Assembly (NCBI GenBank): GCA_964655005.1
Contig: CAZZKE010000016.1
Coordinates: forward strand, 1 to 24,000
Direction: 5' to 3'
Length of the DNA: 24,000 nucleotides
Source: an uncultured Thalassospiraceae bacterium
GTDB lineage: Bacteria; Pseudomonadota; Alphaproteobacteria; Rhodospirillales; JABHCV01
Position numbers and translations under genes: made by a program. Of the stretch, positions 1-7,183 are shown in pieces. The stretch's first letter is position 1; each line of letters starts with the position of its first letter. Under the pieces are notes generated by a model that saw only the letters and a program-made list of their open reading frames with translations, had not been told where the DNA came from and did no database searches.

Positions 1-544
1 CGGTATCCTTGGCCGCCCGCACCGTGCCGGCGCGGGCGCGGGCGATAACGATGGCCTTTTCCAGCGCCTCCCCGGTGCACAGCCCCAGACCGACCGGGTT
101 TTGCGCCGTGATGTTGGGAGAATTCCAGTGGGTCCGTTCGCGGATGGCGTTAATGGTCGGTTTGGTGGTGCCGATCAGCTTGGAAATCTGGGCGTCGCTC
201 ATTTCCGGATAGTTTTTGAGTATCCACGAAATCGCATCGGGGCGGTCCTGGCGTTTGGAAACCGGCGTGTAACGGGCGCCTTTTTGTTTCGGGATCGGAG
301 TCCGGTTGGGCGATGGGTTGAGCCTGGCGGTCGGGTCGGCGACGCAGCGTTCAATTTCTTCCATGGTCAATTCGTCGGCGCCGACGGGGTCCAGACCCTG
401 CATGCCGATAGCCACCTCGTCATCGGCGATGGCCTGGACTTCGAGCGCGTGTAAACCGCAGAAATCGGCGATTTGATCGAAAGTCAGGGCGGTGTTTTCG
501 ACCAGCCATATGGCGGTTGCTTTGGGCATAAGGGGATGCGACAT
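1..544 (-). CDS. DUF1013 family protein (TrcR-like, alphaproteobacterial); C-terminal end runs off the window
   Basis: Absent from the ORF track because no stop lies in the window. Hand translation of the minus strand from ATG at 544-542 gives MSHPLMPKATAIWLVENTALTFDQIADFCGLHALEVQAIADDEVAIGMQGLDPVGADELTMEEIERCVADPTARLNPSPNRTPIPKQKGARYTPVSKRQDRPDAISWILKNYPEMSDAQISKLIGTTKPTINAIRERTHWNSPNITAQNPVGLGLCTGEALEKAIVIARARAGTVRAAKDT, open to position 2. The family assignment is from memory of DUF1013 sequences. Confidence 0.75.
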   Translation of the reverse strand, partial: MSHPLMPKATAIWLVENTALTFDQIADFCGLHALEVQAIADDEVAIGMQGLDPVGADELTMEEIERCVADPTARLNPSPNRTPIPKQKGARYTPVSKRQDRPDAISWILKNYPEMSDAQISKLIGTTKPTINAIRERTHWNSPNITAQNPVGLGLCTGEALEKAIVIARARAGTVRAAKDT

Positions 545-651
545 CGCTTATCATCCTGTTCGTAAATTGACCGGGGAAAACGCCTTCAATGGCGCAATGC
601 GTGACATTTAGTTCATTTTTCTCCGCCCGTAAACCATTTGATCCCCAATTT

Positions 652-1641
652 TCAGGTGTAAAGCACGATCTTGCCGATATGTTCGCCGCTTTCCATCAGG
701 GCATGGGCTTCCTGGGCGTCGGCAAGCGGGTAGGCGGCGTGGATTAGCGGCGAGATTTTTTCCTGCTCGATTAGCGGCCAGACACATTCCTTCAGCTTGT
801 CCGCGATGGCCGCCTTGAACGGCACGGAACGCATGCGCAGGGTCGAACCGGTCAAGGTCAGGCGTTTCAGCATGACCGGCATCAGATCGATTTCCACCTT
901 GCTGCCGTTCTGGAAGGCGATGTTGACCAATCGCCCATCCCGGGCCAGCGCTTCGATGTTGCGCCGGACATAATCTCCGCCGACCATGTCGAGGATGACA
1001 TCGACACCGCGACCGGCGGTAAATTCCTTGGCCGCCGAGACGAAATCCTGTTCCCGGTAGTTGACCGCCAGATCGGCGCCGATAACCTCGCAAGCGCCGC
1101 ATTTTTCGTCCGATCCGGCGGTCACCATAACCCGGGCGCCCATGTTGTGGGCAATTTGAATGGCGGTGGTGCCGATACCGCTGGATCCGCCATGCACCAG
1201 CAAGGTTTCGCCAGCCGTCAGGCCGGCCCGGTCGAACACGTTCGACCACACGGTAAAAAAGGTTTCCGGCAACGCCGCGGCTTCGTCCATGTCCAGGCCT
1301 TCGGGTTTCGGCAGGCATTGCGCCGCCGGGGCGGTACAGTATTCGGCGTAGCCGCCGCCGGTAACCAGGGCGCAGACATCGTCGCCAAGCCGCCAGCCCC
1401 CGGCGCCATCGGCCAGCCCGACGATATCGCCGGCGACTTCCAGTCCCGGTATGTCCGATGCCCCCGGCGGCGGCGGATAGGCGCCCTTGCGCTGTAAAAC
1501 GTCGGGCCGGTTGACGCCGGCCGCGTGGACCCGGATCAGCACCTCGCCATCGCCCGGAACCGGAACGGGGCGGTTCGCCGGGATCAATCGGCGATCGCTG
1601 ATTTCAATGCACGACATGATTTCCGGAACTGGCTCGGCCAT
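652..1641 (-). CDS. qor: NAD(P)H:quinone oxidoreductase, zinc-independent medium-chain dehydrogenase/reductase (Qor/PIG3-like)
   Basis: Taken from ORF 652..1953, with the start moved to the internal ATG at 1641 (MAEPVPEIMSCIEISD...). From there the protein reads like Qor: VLIRVHAAGVNRPDVLQRKGAYPPPPGASDIPGLEVAGDIV, Rossmann motif LVHGGSSGIGTTAIQ, and C-terminal GKIVLYT. The upstream 104 codons look non-coding and overlap the divergent DUF1192 gene. Confidence 0.9.
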   Translation of the reverse strand: MAEPVPEIMSCIEISDRRLIPANRPVPVPGDGEVLIRVHAAGVNRPDVLQRKGAYPPPPGASDIPGLEVAGDIVGLADGAGGWRLGDDVCALVTGGGYAEYCTAPAAQCLPKPEGLDMDEAAALPETFFTVWSNVFDRAGLTAGETLLVHGGSSGIGTTAIQIAHNMGARVMVTAGSDEKCGACEVIGADLAVNYREQDFVSAAKEFTAGRGVDVILDMVGGDYVRRNIEALARDGRLVNIAFQNGSKVEIDLMPVMLKRLTLTGSTLRMRSVPFKAAIADKLKECVWPLIEQEKISPLIHAAYPLADAQEAHALMESGEHIGKIVLYT

Positions 1642-1809
1642 GGTCAGGTTGCTCCGACTCCTGGATGAATCTAGAATAAAAACTAACACGGGACGGTGTC
1701 CCGCCCTATATATTCGTAACGCGAATTTGCCGAATTGGCGGGCCGCCGACTTATTTGAATTAGAACATTCCCGAGTTGTTATATTCGGCGTATTGGGGGG
1801 ATAGTCAAC

Positions 1810-1992
1810 ATGGATGCCGACGACCTGGAACCGCCGGTCGGGAAACCGGGCATTAAGGACCTGGAAGTGATGTCGATCGAGGCCCTGCATGACTACATCG
1901 CAGAACTTGAAGGCGAGATCGCCCGCGCCCGCGCCATGATTACCAGCAAGCACGGCGCCCGCGACGGCGCCGAAAAATTCTTCAAGTCCTGA
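1810..1992 (+). CDS. DUF1192 family small coiled-coil protein
   Basis: 60-aa ORF MDADDLEPPVGKPGIKDLEVMSIEALHDYIAELEGEIARARAMITSKHGARDGAEKFFKS. The pattern (DDLEP...L..LS.E.L...I..LE.EI.R....I..K...R..AE..FK) matches my memory of alphaproteobacterial DUF1192. Confidence 0.7.
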   Translation: MDADDLEPPVGKPGIKDLEVMSIEALHDYIAELEGEIARARAMITSKHGARDGAEKFFKS

Positions 1993-2111
1993 ACCGGCGT
2001 TAATCTTCCGTTAATGTTGAACGGGGTAAGGTTTAACGTTGGACGGATTCGGACCATGGAATCATGGTCCTTGCACACGGCATTCCGTCCGACGCCTCCC
2101 TGTTAAAACTC

Positions 2112-2140
2112 GCCGCCCCTTTATTGGGGCGGCCTTTTTT
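2112..2140. terminator. Rho-independent terminator hairpin, probably bidirectional (DUF1192 on +, hemerythrin on -)
   Basis: gccgcccc (2112-2119) / tttatt loop / ggggcggc (2126-2133), followed by cTTTTTT on the + strand. On the - strand the same stem is followed by gagtttta. The hemerythrin stop codon lies in the loop. Confidence 0.55.
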
Positions 2141-2576
2141 CCCACTGGTATAACATGTCGGCGAAATCGGCATTCCGACCGGCGACAGCCTCTTTATAAG
2201 CGTGATCTGATCCCAGAATATGGCCCCGCAGCCAGGTTTCGAGAAACTTTCTGACTTCGTTGGAAAATTCCTTGGTACTGGATAGCATATACTGCTCGCG
2301 GCATTCCAGCAGGTGCTTGGCCAGCGCTATGTGCTCCTTCTTGTGGGCGTCCAGGTCGGCATAGCCGCAGGCTTCCATTACCGCTTCTTCACGGGAGAAA
2401 TGATAGGCGCAATATTCCAGCAGACTGCCGAATATGGGGTCGATGGCCAGCGCGCCCAGATCATTGTCGGTGGCGGCAATGAAATCGTTCAGGCACTGTA
2501 TGAGAATCTTGTGATCGTCATCCAGACCATCGACGCCGACGCTCATATCCGGTGCCCATTCGATAGCTTCTCTCAT
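2121..2576 (-). CDS. Single-domain bacteriohemerythrin (O2/NO-binding di-iron protein)
   Basis: 151-aa ORF. The canonical ligand pattern is present: DDDHKILI (H), YHFSREE (HxxxE), AHKKEHI (HxxxH), RGHILGSDH (HxxxxD). The opening EW.....VG....D..H is typical of the family. Confidence 0.88.
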   Translation of the reverse strand: MREAIEWAPDMSVGVDGLDDDHKILIQCLNDFIAATDNDLGALAIDPIFGSLLEYCAYHFSREEAVMEACGYADLDAHKKEHIALAKHLLECREQYMLSSTKEFSNEVRKFLETWLRGHILGSDHAYKEAVAGRNADFADMLYQWEKRPPQ

Positions 2577-2880
2577 TTGGCTAGCCCCGCGCTATTGTAT
2601 TACTTACCAATTTGGCTTATAGCCGCTCGCAAGGTGGCAGGTCGAATAAATAATTTTTCGGCTGTATTCGCGCCTGGACGTGAAAATCATCATAAAAACA
2701 GCTGAATAACCCGCTAAAAGTACTTAAAACTACGGGAAATACAATCCAGGGTGTCGTCAGGTTAGAGCGCCTCCAGAACATCGAAAAACCCGCTTGACCG
2801 GCGGCGTCCGGCTTGGGTAGAGTCGGCCCTGCCAATAAAAGACAATGGCGAGTTTGACAGGTTGAGGCATATAAAAAAGG

Positions 2881-2911
2881 GGTCGCCCGATAATCAGGCG
2901 GCCTTTTTTTT
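2881..2911. terminator. Orphan Rho-independent terminator hairpin flanked by an A-run and a T-run (works on either strand)
   Basis: aaaaaagg-GGTCGCC-cgataatca-GGCGGCC-TTTTTTTT: a 7-bp stem with one G-U pair and a 9-nt loop. T8 follows on the + strand and ccTTTTTT follows on the - strand. No annotated + strand gene ends upstream of it. Confidence 0.5.
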
Positions 2912-2923
2912 ATGGAGCCCAAG

Positions 2924-3379
2924 ATGAGCAATAACCGGGAACCCGACCGCGGCAGTTTCCCCCATCTGGTCGATATTCAGACCCGCTGGGCCGATAACGA
3001 CCCGTACGGCCATGTCAACAACGCCACCTACTACAGCTATTTCGATACGGTCGTGAACGACTACCTGATTGCCGAGGGCGGGCTGGACATATCCGGCGAC
3101 CCGGTAATCGGCGTTGTCGTTGAAACCATGTGCAGGTTTCATAAATCGGTGGCTTATCCCGAGACCATTCGGGTCGGCATGGCGGTCGCCAGGCTGGGGG
3201 TGTCGAGCGTCCGCTACGAACTGGCGGTTTTTCGCGGCGGGGACGACGAAGCTGCGGCGGAGGGCCATTTCGTGCATGTATTCATAAACCGTAATACCGG
3301 CAAGCCAACGCCGATGCCCGCCGCCATACGCACCGCGCTGGAACGCCTGGCTGTGGCAGACGTTCCAGCTTCGGGTTGA
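2924..3379 (+). CDS. Acyl-CoA thioesterase, 4HBT/hotdog fold (YbgC/FadM-like paralog)
   Basis: ORF 2912..3379. Hotdog thioesterase signature: IQTRWADNDPYGHVNNATYYSYFDTVVNDYL...VVVETMCRFHKSVAYPETIRV. I prefer the ATG at 2924 because GGAG (2914-2917) sits 6 nt upstream of it. ATG 2912 is the alternative. Confidence 0.8.
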   Translation: MSNNREPDRGSFPHLVDIQTRWADNDPYGHVNNATYYSYFDTVVNDYLIAEGGLDISGDPVIGVVVETMCRFHKSVAYPETIRVGMAVARLGVSSVRYELAVFRGGDDEAAAEGHFVHVFINRNTGKPTPMPAAIRTALERLAVADVPASG

Positions 3380-3388
3380 TGCCGGTGG

Positions 3389-3847
3389 TCAGGCGGCCTT
3401 GCTTTCGAGTTTTTTGGCGACCGTCTGATTGCTGATCTTGATGGTGCGGGGTTTCATTTCTTCGGGAATTTCACGGACCAGATCGACATGCAGCAGACCG
3501 TTCTCCAGATTGGCGCCAAGCACCTTGATATGATCGGCCAGTTCGAAGCGGCGTTCGAAAGTCCGCCCGGCGATGCCCTGGTGAAGGTACTTTTTCTGTT
3601 CCTCCGTGTGGTCCAGTTTGCCGGTCACGTAAAGGGTGTTTTCCTTGATCGTAACGTCCAGGTCCCGTTCGGTAAACCCGGCCACGGCCAGGGTCACGCG
3701 GTAGCTGTCTTCATCGATGGCCTCGATATTATAGGGCGGATATGTATTGGCCGTGTCGTCCAGCCGTTGCAGGTGGTCGAATTGCCGCTGCATCCGGTCA
3801 AAACCGACGGCGAAACGATGCAGGGGGGAAAGATCGATAGTACGCAT
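3389..3847 (-). CDS. ibpA: Small heat-shock protein, Hsp20/alpha-crystallin family (IbpA-like)
   Basis: Taken from ORF 3389..3973, trimmed to the ATG at 3847 (MRTIDLSPLHRFAVGFDRMQRQFD...), with AGGAGA 7 nt upstream. IbpA-like motifs: YPPYNIE, YRVTLAVAGF, GIAGRTFERRF.L, NGLL.VDL.RE.PE..KPR.I.I. Confidence 0.92.
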   Translation of the reverse strand: MRTIDLSPLHRFAVGFDRMQRQFDHLQRLDDTANTYPPYNIEAIDEDSYRVTLAVAGFTERDLDVTIKENTLYVTGKLDHTEEQKKYLHQGIAGRTFERRFELADHIKVLGANLENGLLHVDLVREIPEEMKPRTIKISNQTVAKKLESKAA

Positions 3848-3950
3848 GATATAGTCTCCTTTGACAAGCGAGATGATAATCGCGGAGCCCACCCAGCGGT
3901 CGGACTCCCAATCCACGCGGCGACAGGACCCGTATCGGCATCCGCCGCCA
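3848..3950 (-). promoter_or_regulatory. ROSE-like RNA thermometer in the hsp20 5' UTR
   Basis: Minus-strand leader: ...GGCGGCGgatgccgatacgggtcctgtCGCCGC..GGAGTCCgaccgctgggtGGGCTCC..gattatca-UCUCGCUU-guca-AAGGAGA-cuauauc-AUG. In the last hairpin (plus coordinates 3855-3873), UCUC-G-CUU pairs with the SD AAGGAGA and leaves a single bulged G. That is the hallmark of ROSE elements upstream of alphaproteobacterial sHSP genes. Confidence 0.6.
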
Positions 3951-3956
3951 ATGGTG

Positions 3957-3986
3957 ATATAGGAAGGTGGCATTTCCCGCGCAAGG
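3957..3986 (-). promoter_or_regulatory. RpoH (sigma32)-type heat-shock promoter for hsp20
   Basis: Minus strand reads CCCTTGCGC-gggaaatgccacct-TCCTATAT, compared with the consensus CCCTTGAAA-N13/14-CCCCATNT. It lies right after the cyclase stop codon (3992) and about 105 nt upstream of the hsp20 ATG. Confidence 0.5.
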
Positions 3987-3991
3987 GATCG

Positions 3992-5794
3992 TCAGCTATT
4001 TTTCCATAACACTTCATAAAGTGTCTGGGGCTTATCGAAACCCTTCATTTCAAACTCGCCGCGGCTCTGGAAGGCCAGTTTTTTCCCATCGCAGAGGGCG
4101 CGCACTATTTCGGAAACGAATATCTCGTCCTTGCTCGATTTATCGACAATGCGGGCCGCCAACTGTACTGTCGATCCGAACAGATCGTTGTCCTCGGCGA
4201 TCGGCTCGCCGGCGTTGATGCCTATCTTTATATGCAGCGGCAGGTCGGGATTGTTCAGGTTGTGAGTAGCGACGCTCTGCTGCATGGAAATAGCCGCTTC
4301 GACACCGCTGGAGACGGCGGAAAATGATGCCATGATGCCATCGCCGGTGTGCTTGATTTCCTTGCCGGCAAAATCGGTCAATGCATCCCGCACCAGGCGA
4401 TTGTGGGCCCGGACAATCTGCTGGGCGACGGCGTCGCCCAGTTCCTGGGTCATCGCGGTCGAACCGACGATGTCGGTAAACAGTACGGTCACGGGACCGG
4501 AATATTCATCCTTGGGCTTCGGTTTGTTCCATTCGGCCAGGCCTCGTTCCAGGTACTTAACGGCATCCGGATCGTCATCCAGGTTCATGTTCATGGCGTT
4601 GCGACCGGCCTGAAACATTTGCATATAGCGGGAATCGGCCAGCAGATAATCTTCATATTTGTCGGCAAATTTAACCGCTTCGGATTTCTTGAATCCAATT
4701 ATGCTAACCGTCTCGCTCAGGATTATCGAAGCCGAGCGGATGTCAAGCATGGTTTTCTGCCCCAAGGCCTCGATGGCCCCGGCAAGATACAGATTAATGC
4801 CGAATTTATTGAAACTGTCGAACCGGGAGGCGTCGGCGTGCATTGTCTCCAGGCTGTCGCTAAGAAATTTCATCAGCGCCAGTCGTTGTTTTTCGGCATG
4901 GGGCGGCAAACCGGCCTGATCGTCGGGTTCGCTTTCGGGCGCCGCGACAGGTTCCGGCTCCGGTTCGATGGGAATTTCGGGTATTGCCAGATCAATTTGC
5001 TCGGGTATTTCCGGCGGCTCCGGCAGTGCCGCCTCGGCGGTGGGATATTCCGGGGAACCGGATTGGTCGGCGGCGGAAGTCAGGGCTTCCGGTGACGGCG
5101 GGGCGCCGGGTATGCTGGCCTCAAGCGGTGCGGTGTCCGGCGCCTTTGGCGGGGGTGGTTTTTTTTCGGCATCCCGGTGCCGCTTAGGCGTCGGACGGCG
5201 CCTGCCGCCGGAGCGGGACGAAGTCGCCAGATTTTCTTTTTTCAGGAAACTCAGCGACATGACGACGGTGCTTAGCAGGAATGCCAACACGAAAACAACG
5301 AACACAATGTTGCTTTGCATATTGTGGTTGAAAGACGTATCGCGCAAAAAAACTATGGAACCGAAGGCCAGCAAGCCGGCGATGGTGACGCCGAACAAGA
5401 TGATCAGGAGTATTTTTACCAGGGTTGAAGTGAAGGTTTGCGGCTTGCCCGGTCCGGCTTTCTTTTTTTCTTCGCCGTAATCGCCGAACAGTGATAAATC
5501 GATTTCGTCGCCGCTTCCCCGGAAGCTTCTGTTGCGTCTTAATCGGCGACCCGCCGCCGATATGGAAGCGGCATGTTTTTTCTTTCCTTTAGGCGAACGG
5601 TAAACGACCGTTTCTACGGATTCGCCGATTTCGGGATCATAGGTGTCGCGGACCACCTTAACCTCGTCGACCGACGGCAAAATATCTAGTGTCTTGGCTT
5701 CTTCGGTCGCCGCCGCAGAGTCTTCGTGACGGGCGTGGATCTCCCACCGGCCTTTCTGATAGACATGAACTTCAAAATTTACCTGCCGGCCCAC
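3992..5794 (-). CDS. Membrane-anchored class III adenylate/guanylate cyclase: novel N-terminal domain, 2 TM helices, Pro/Glu-rich linker, helical domain, CHD catalytic domain
   Basis: ORF 3992..5818. The C-terminus is a clear class III cyclase: VTVLFTDIVGSTAMTQELGD...IKHTGDGIMASF...IKIGINAGEPIAEDNDLFGSTVQLAARI...MKGF. I prefer the GTG start at 5794 because GGAGGA (complement of 5801-5806) lies 6 nt upstream, whereas ATG 5818 has no SD. TM helices: LVKILLIILFGVTIAGLLAFGSIVFL and IVFVVFVLAFLLSTVVMSLSFL. Confidence 0.88.
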   Translation of the reverse strand: MGRQVNFEVHVYQKGRWEIHARHEDSAAATEEAKTLDILPSVDEVKVVRDTYDPEIGESVETVVYRSPKGKKKHAASISAAGRRLRRNRSFRGSGDEIDLSLFGDYGEEKKKAGPGKPQTFTSTLVKILLIILFGVTIAGLLAFGSIVFLRDTSFNHNMQSNIVFVVFVLAFLLSTVVMSLSFLKKENLATSSRSGGRRRPTPKRHRDAEKKPPPPKAPDTAPLEASIPGAPPSPEALTSAADQSGSPEYPTAEAALPEPPEIPEQIDLAIPEIPIEPEPEPVAAPESEPDDQAGLPPHAEKQRLALMKFLSDSLETMHADASRFDSFNKFGINLYLAGAIEALGQKTMLDIRSASIILSETVSIIGFKKSEAVKFADKYEDYLLADSRYMQMFQAGRNAMNMNLDDDPDAVKYLERGLAEWNKPKPKDEYSGPVTVLFTDIVGSTAMTQELGDAVAQQIVRAHNRLVRDALTDFAGKEIKHTGDGIMASFSAVSSGVEAAISMQQSVATHNLNNPDLPLHIKIGINAGEPIAEDNDLFGSTVQLAARIVDKSSKDEIFVSEIVRALCDGKKLAFQSRGEFEMKGFDKPQTLYEVLWKNS

Positions 5795-5901
5795 CTTGGC
5801 TCCTCCGGGGAAACGCATTCGATCCGAGTCGGCAGAATCCTAGACCATATCCGGATTGATGGAAACCGGTCTGACGGAGCCGGTCAGGATCGCGGAACAG
5901 G

Positions 5902-6438
5902 CTACTTTTTCTTGGTATTGAGAAACATGATCGCCATTGGTATGGCGGCCATCACGAATGTCACCAGGAAGGTGATGGTCATGATATTGATTCTGGCGTT
6001 TTTGGCGATTGTGGTTTCCGCAGTGACCATGGAAACGAACCAGGTGAACAAACCGCCGACGATGGCGCTGAACACGCTAATCGCCAGAATTCGCCAGATC
6101 AAGGCGGTGAATGTGGGGCTTTGCTGCGGCTTGCCGGCGGATCGGGTTTTGGATGCCGCGCCGGAATCATCTTTGGCGGTGGCCGATTTTCTTGCCGACG
6201 GCCTGGCCGGGGGGCGGTATTTTTGCTGCCCGGGCGCATAGACGTTGTATTCCTTCGAGGTGCCATCGTCCAGATCATAGATTTCCTGGATGACCTTGAC
6301 CGATTCTACGTGCTTCTGGCCATCGAGGTTTTTGGCCTCCTCGATGGCTGCCTCTTTTTCGGTTGCCGTATAGCGGGCATGGATTTCCCATCGCCCCTTA
6401 TGCTTTACGTGCACCTCGTAATGGGTAGTATGAGCCAT
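5902..6438 (-). CDS. Membrane protein of unknown function; paralog of the N-terminal ~210 aa of the adjacent cyclase
   Basis: 178-aa ORF. HYEVHVKHKGRWEIHARY...IEEAKNLD...VESVKVIQEIYD..DGTSKEYNVY aligns with NFEVHVYQKGRWEIHARH...TEEAKTLD...VDEVKVVRDTYD..IGESVETVVY of the cyclase. Both continue with a basic linker, GKPQ, and two hydrophobic helices. Confidence 0.75.
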   Translation of the reverse strand: MAHTTHYEVHVKHKGRWEIHARYTATEKEAAIEEAKNLDGQKHVESVKVIQEIYDLDDGTSKEYNVYAPGQQKYRPPARPSARKSATAKDDSGAASKTRSAGKPQQSPTFTALIWRILAISVFSAIVGGLFTWFVSMVTAETTIAKNARINIMTITFLVTFVMAAIPMAIMFLNTKKK

Positions 6439-6495
6439 TCCGCCCCTGTCCGTACTTTGTACTAGGAATAAATAAACAAGGGAGGACGATAAAAA

Positions 6496-6723
6496 TCAAG
6501 TATCTTTGAGGCCCAGACCGGCAAAGCGCTTGTTGAATTTGGCGAGCTGGCCGCCGCTGTCAATCAGCCGATGCACGCCGGTCCATGCCGGGTGGGTTTT
6601 CGGGTCGATGTCCAGCTTGATGGTTTCGCCGGGGGCGCCATAAGTCGAACGGGTGCTGAAAGTGCTGCCGTCGGTCATCTGGACGGTAATTTCATGGTAT
6701 TCGGGATGAATGTCTTTTTTCAC
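6496..6723 (-). CDS. rpmE: 50S ribosomal protein L31 (Cys-less alphaproteobacterial type)
   Basis: [29 protein letters not shown]...HPAWTG...[13 protein letters not shown] is unmistakably L31. Confidence 0.95.
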   Translation of the reverse strand: MKKDIHPEYHEITVQMTDGSTFSTRSTYGAPGETIKLDIDPKTHPAWTGVHRLIDSGGQLAKFNKRFAGLGLKDT

Positions 6724-6850
6724 GGGCCTTCTCTCCTAAAACAAGCGGTCTATATACTCTGCCGCCTACATCACTGCAAGAGAACTTATTGCATCGCGAC
6801 AGGACGTCTATAACATATTCCCGTTGGCCTGATTTATATGGAATCGCTGC

Positions 6851-7183
6851 ATGACAATCGATGAAAGCAAATTTAATGGCCTTGCCGAGGCGACCCTGAA
6901 TCATTTGTTCGACGTTATAGACGACAAACTCGGCGATCTGCTGGAAGTCGATATGGAAAATGGCATGTTGACCATAGCGTCCGAAACGGGTGGCCAGTAT
7001 ATCATCAACAGGCACGGGCCGAACCGGCAAATCTGGCTGTCATCGCCGCTTAGCGGCGCGTCGCACTATGATTTCGACGATACCGGCCAGGCCTGGGTCG
7101 ACAGCCGCAGCGGGGAACGTCTGCTGCCCAAGCTGGCGGACGAACTGTCGCGCCTGACCGGGGCCTCGTTCATTCTCGATTGA
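6851..7183 (+). CDS. cyaY: Frataxin homolog CyaY (iron-sulfur cluster assembly)
   Basis: 110-aa ORF with F..LAE.TL..L.D.ID......EVD...G.LTI....GGQYIINRHGPNRQIWLSSPLSGASHYDF, the classic CyaY/frataxin pattern. Confidence 0.9.
   Translation: MTIDESKFNGLAEATLNHLFDVIDDKLGDLLEVDMENGMLTIASETGGQYIINRHGPNRQIWLSSPLSGASHYDFDDTGQAWVDSRSGERLLPKLADELSRLTGASFILD

Noticed and set aside
545-651. Search for CtrA boxes (TTAA-N7-TTAAC) in front of the DUF1013/TrcR-like gene, and for alphaproteobacterial SOS boxes (GTTC-N7-GTTC) near ruvC and at 1642-1809
   Set aside because: I found no match by eye. The closest, GAAC-N8-GTTG at about 1763-1778, has the wrong spacing and orientation.
608-1318. 236-aa ORF in another minus-strand frame overlapping qor, plus similar ORFs at 1147..1497, 1160..1351 and 1218..1409
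   Set aside because: Extremely Arg/Gly-rich nonsense-like sequence inside the well-supported qor frame.
1642-1953. N-terminal extensions offered by the ORF track for qor (to 1953), hsp20 (to 3973), efp (to 13210), gap (to 17624), ruvA (from 21705) and zapA (from 18123)
   Set aside because: In every case the family-typical N-terminus begins at an internal ATG, often with an SD in front. The extensions overlap promoters, leaders or neighbouring genes.
2617-2931. 104-aa minus-strand ORF filling the hemerythrin-thioesterase gap
   Set aside because: Composition is Cys/Phe/Leu/Pro-rich with no motifs. It lies in an AT-richer, non-coding-looking stretch. It runs through the terminator hairpin and into the thioesterase start.
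7170-7183. 14-nt convergent overlap of the cyaY and MFS transporter 3' ends
   Set aside because: Short convergent overlaps are common in compact genomes. Nothing else suggests a regulatory role.
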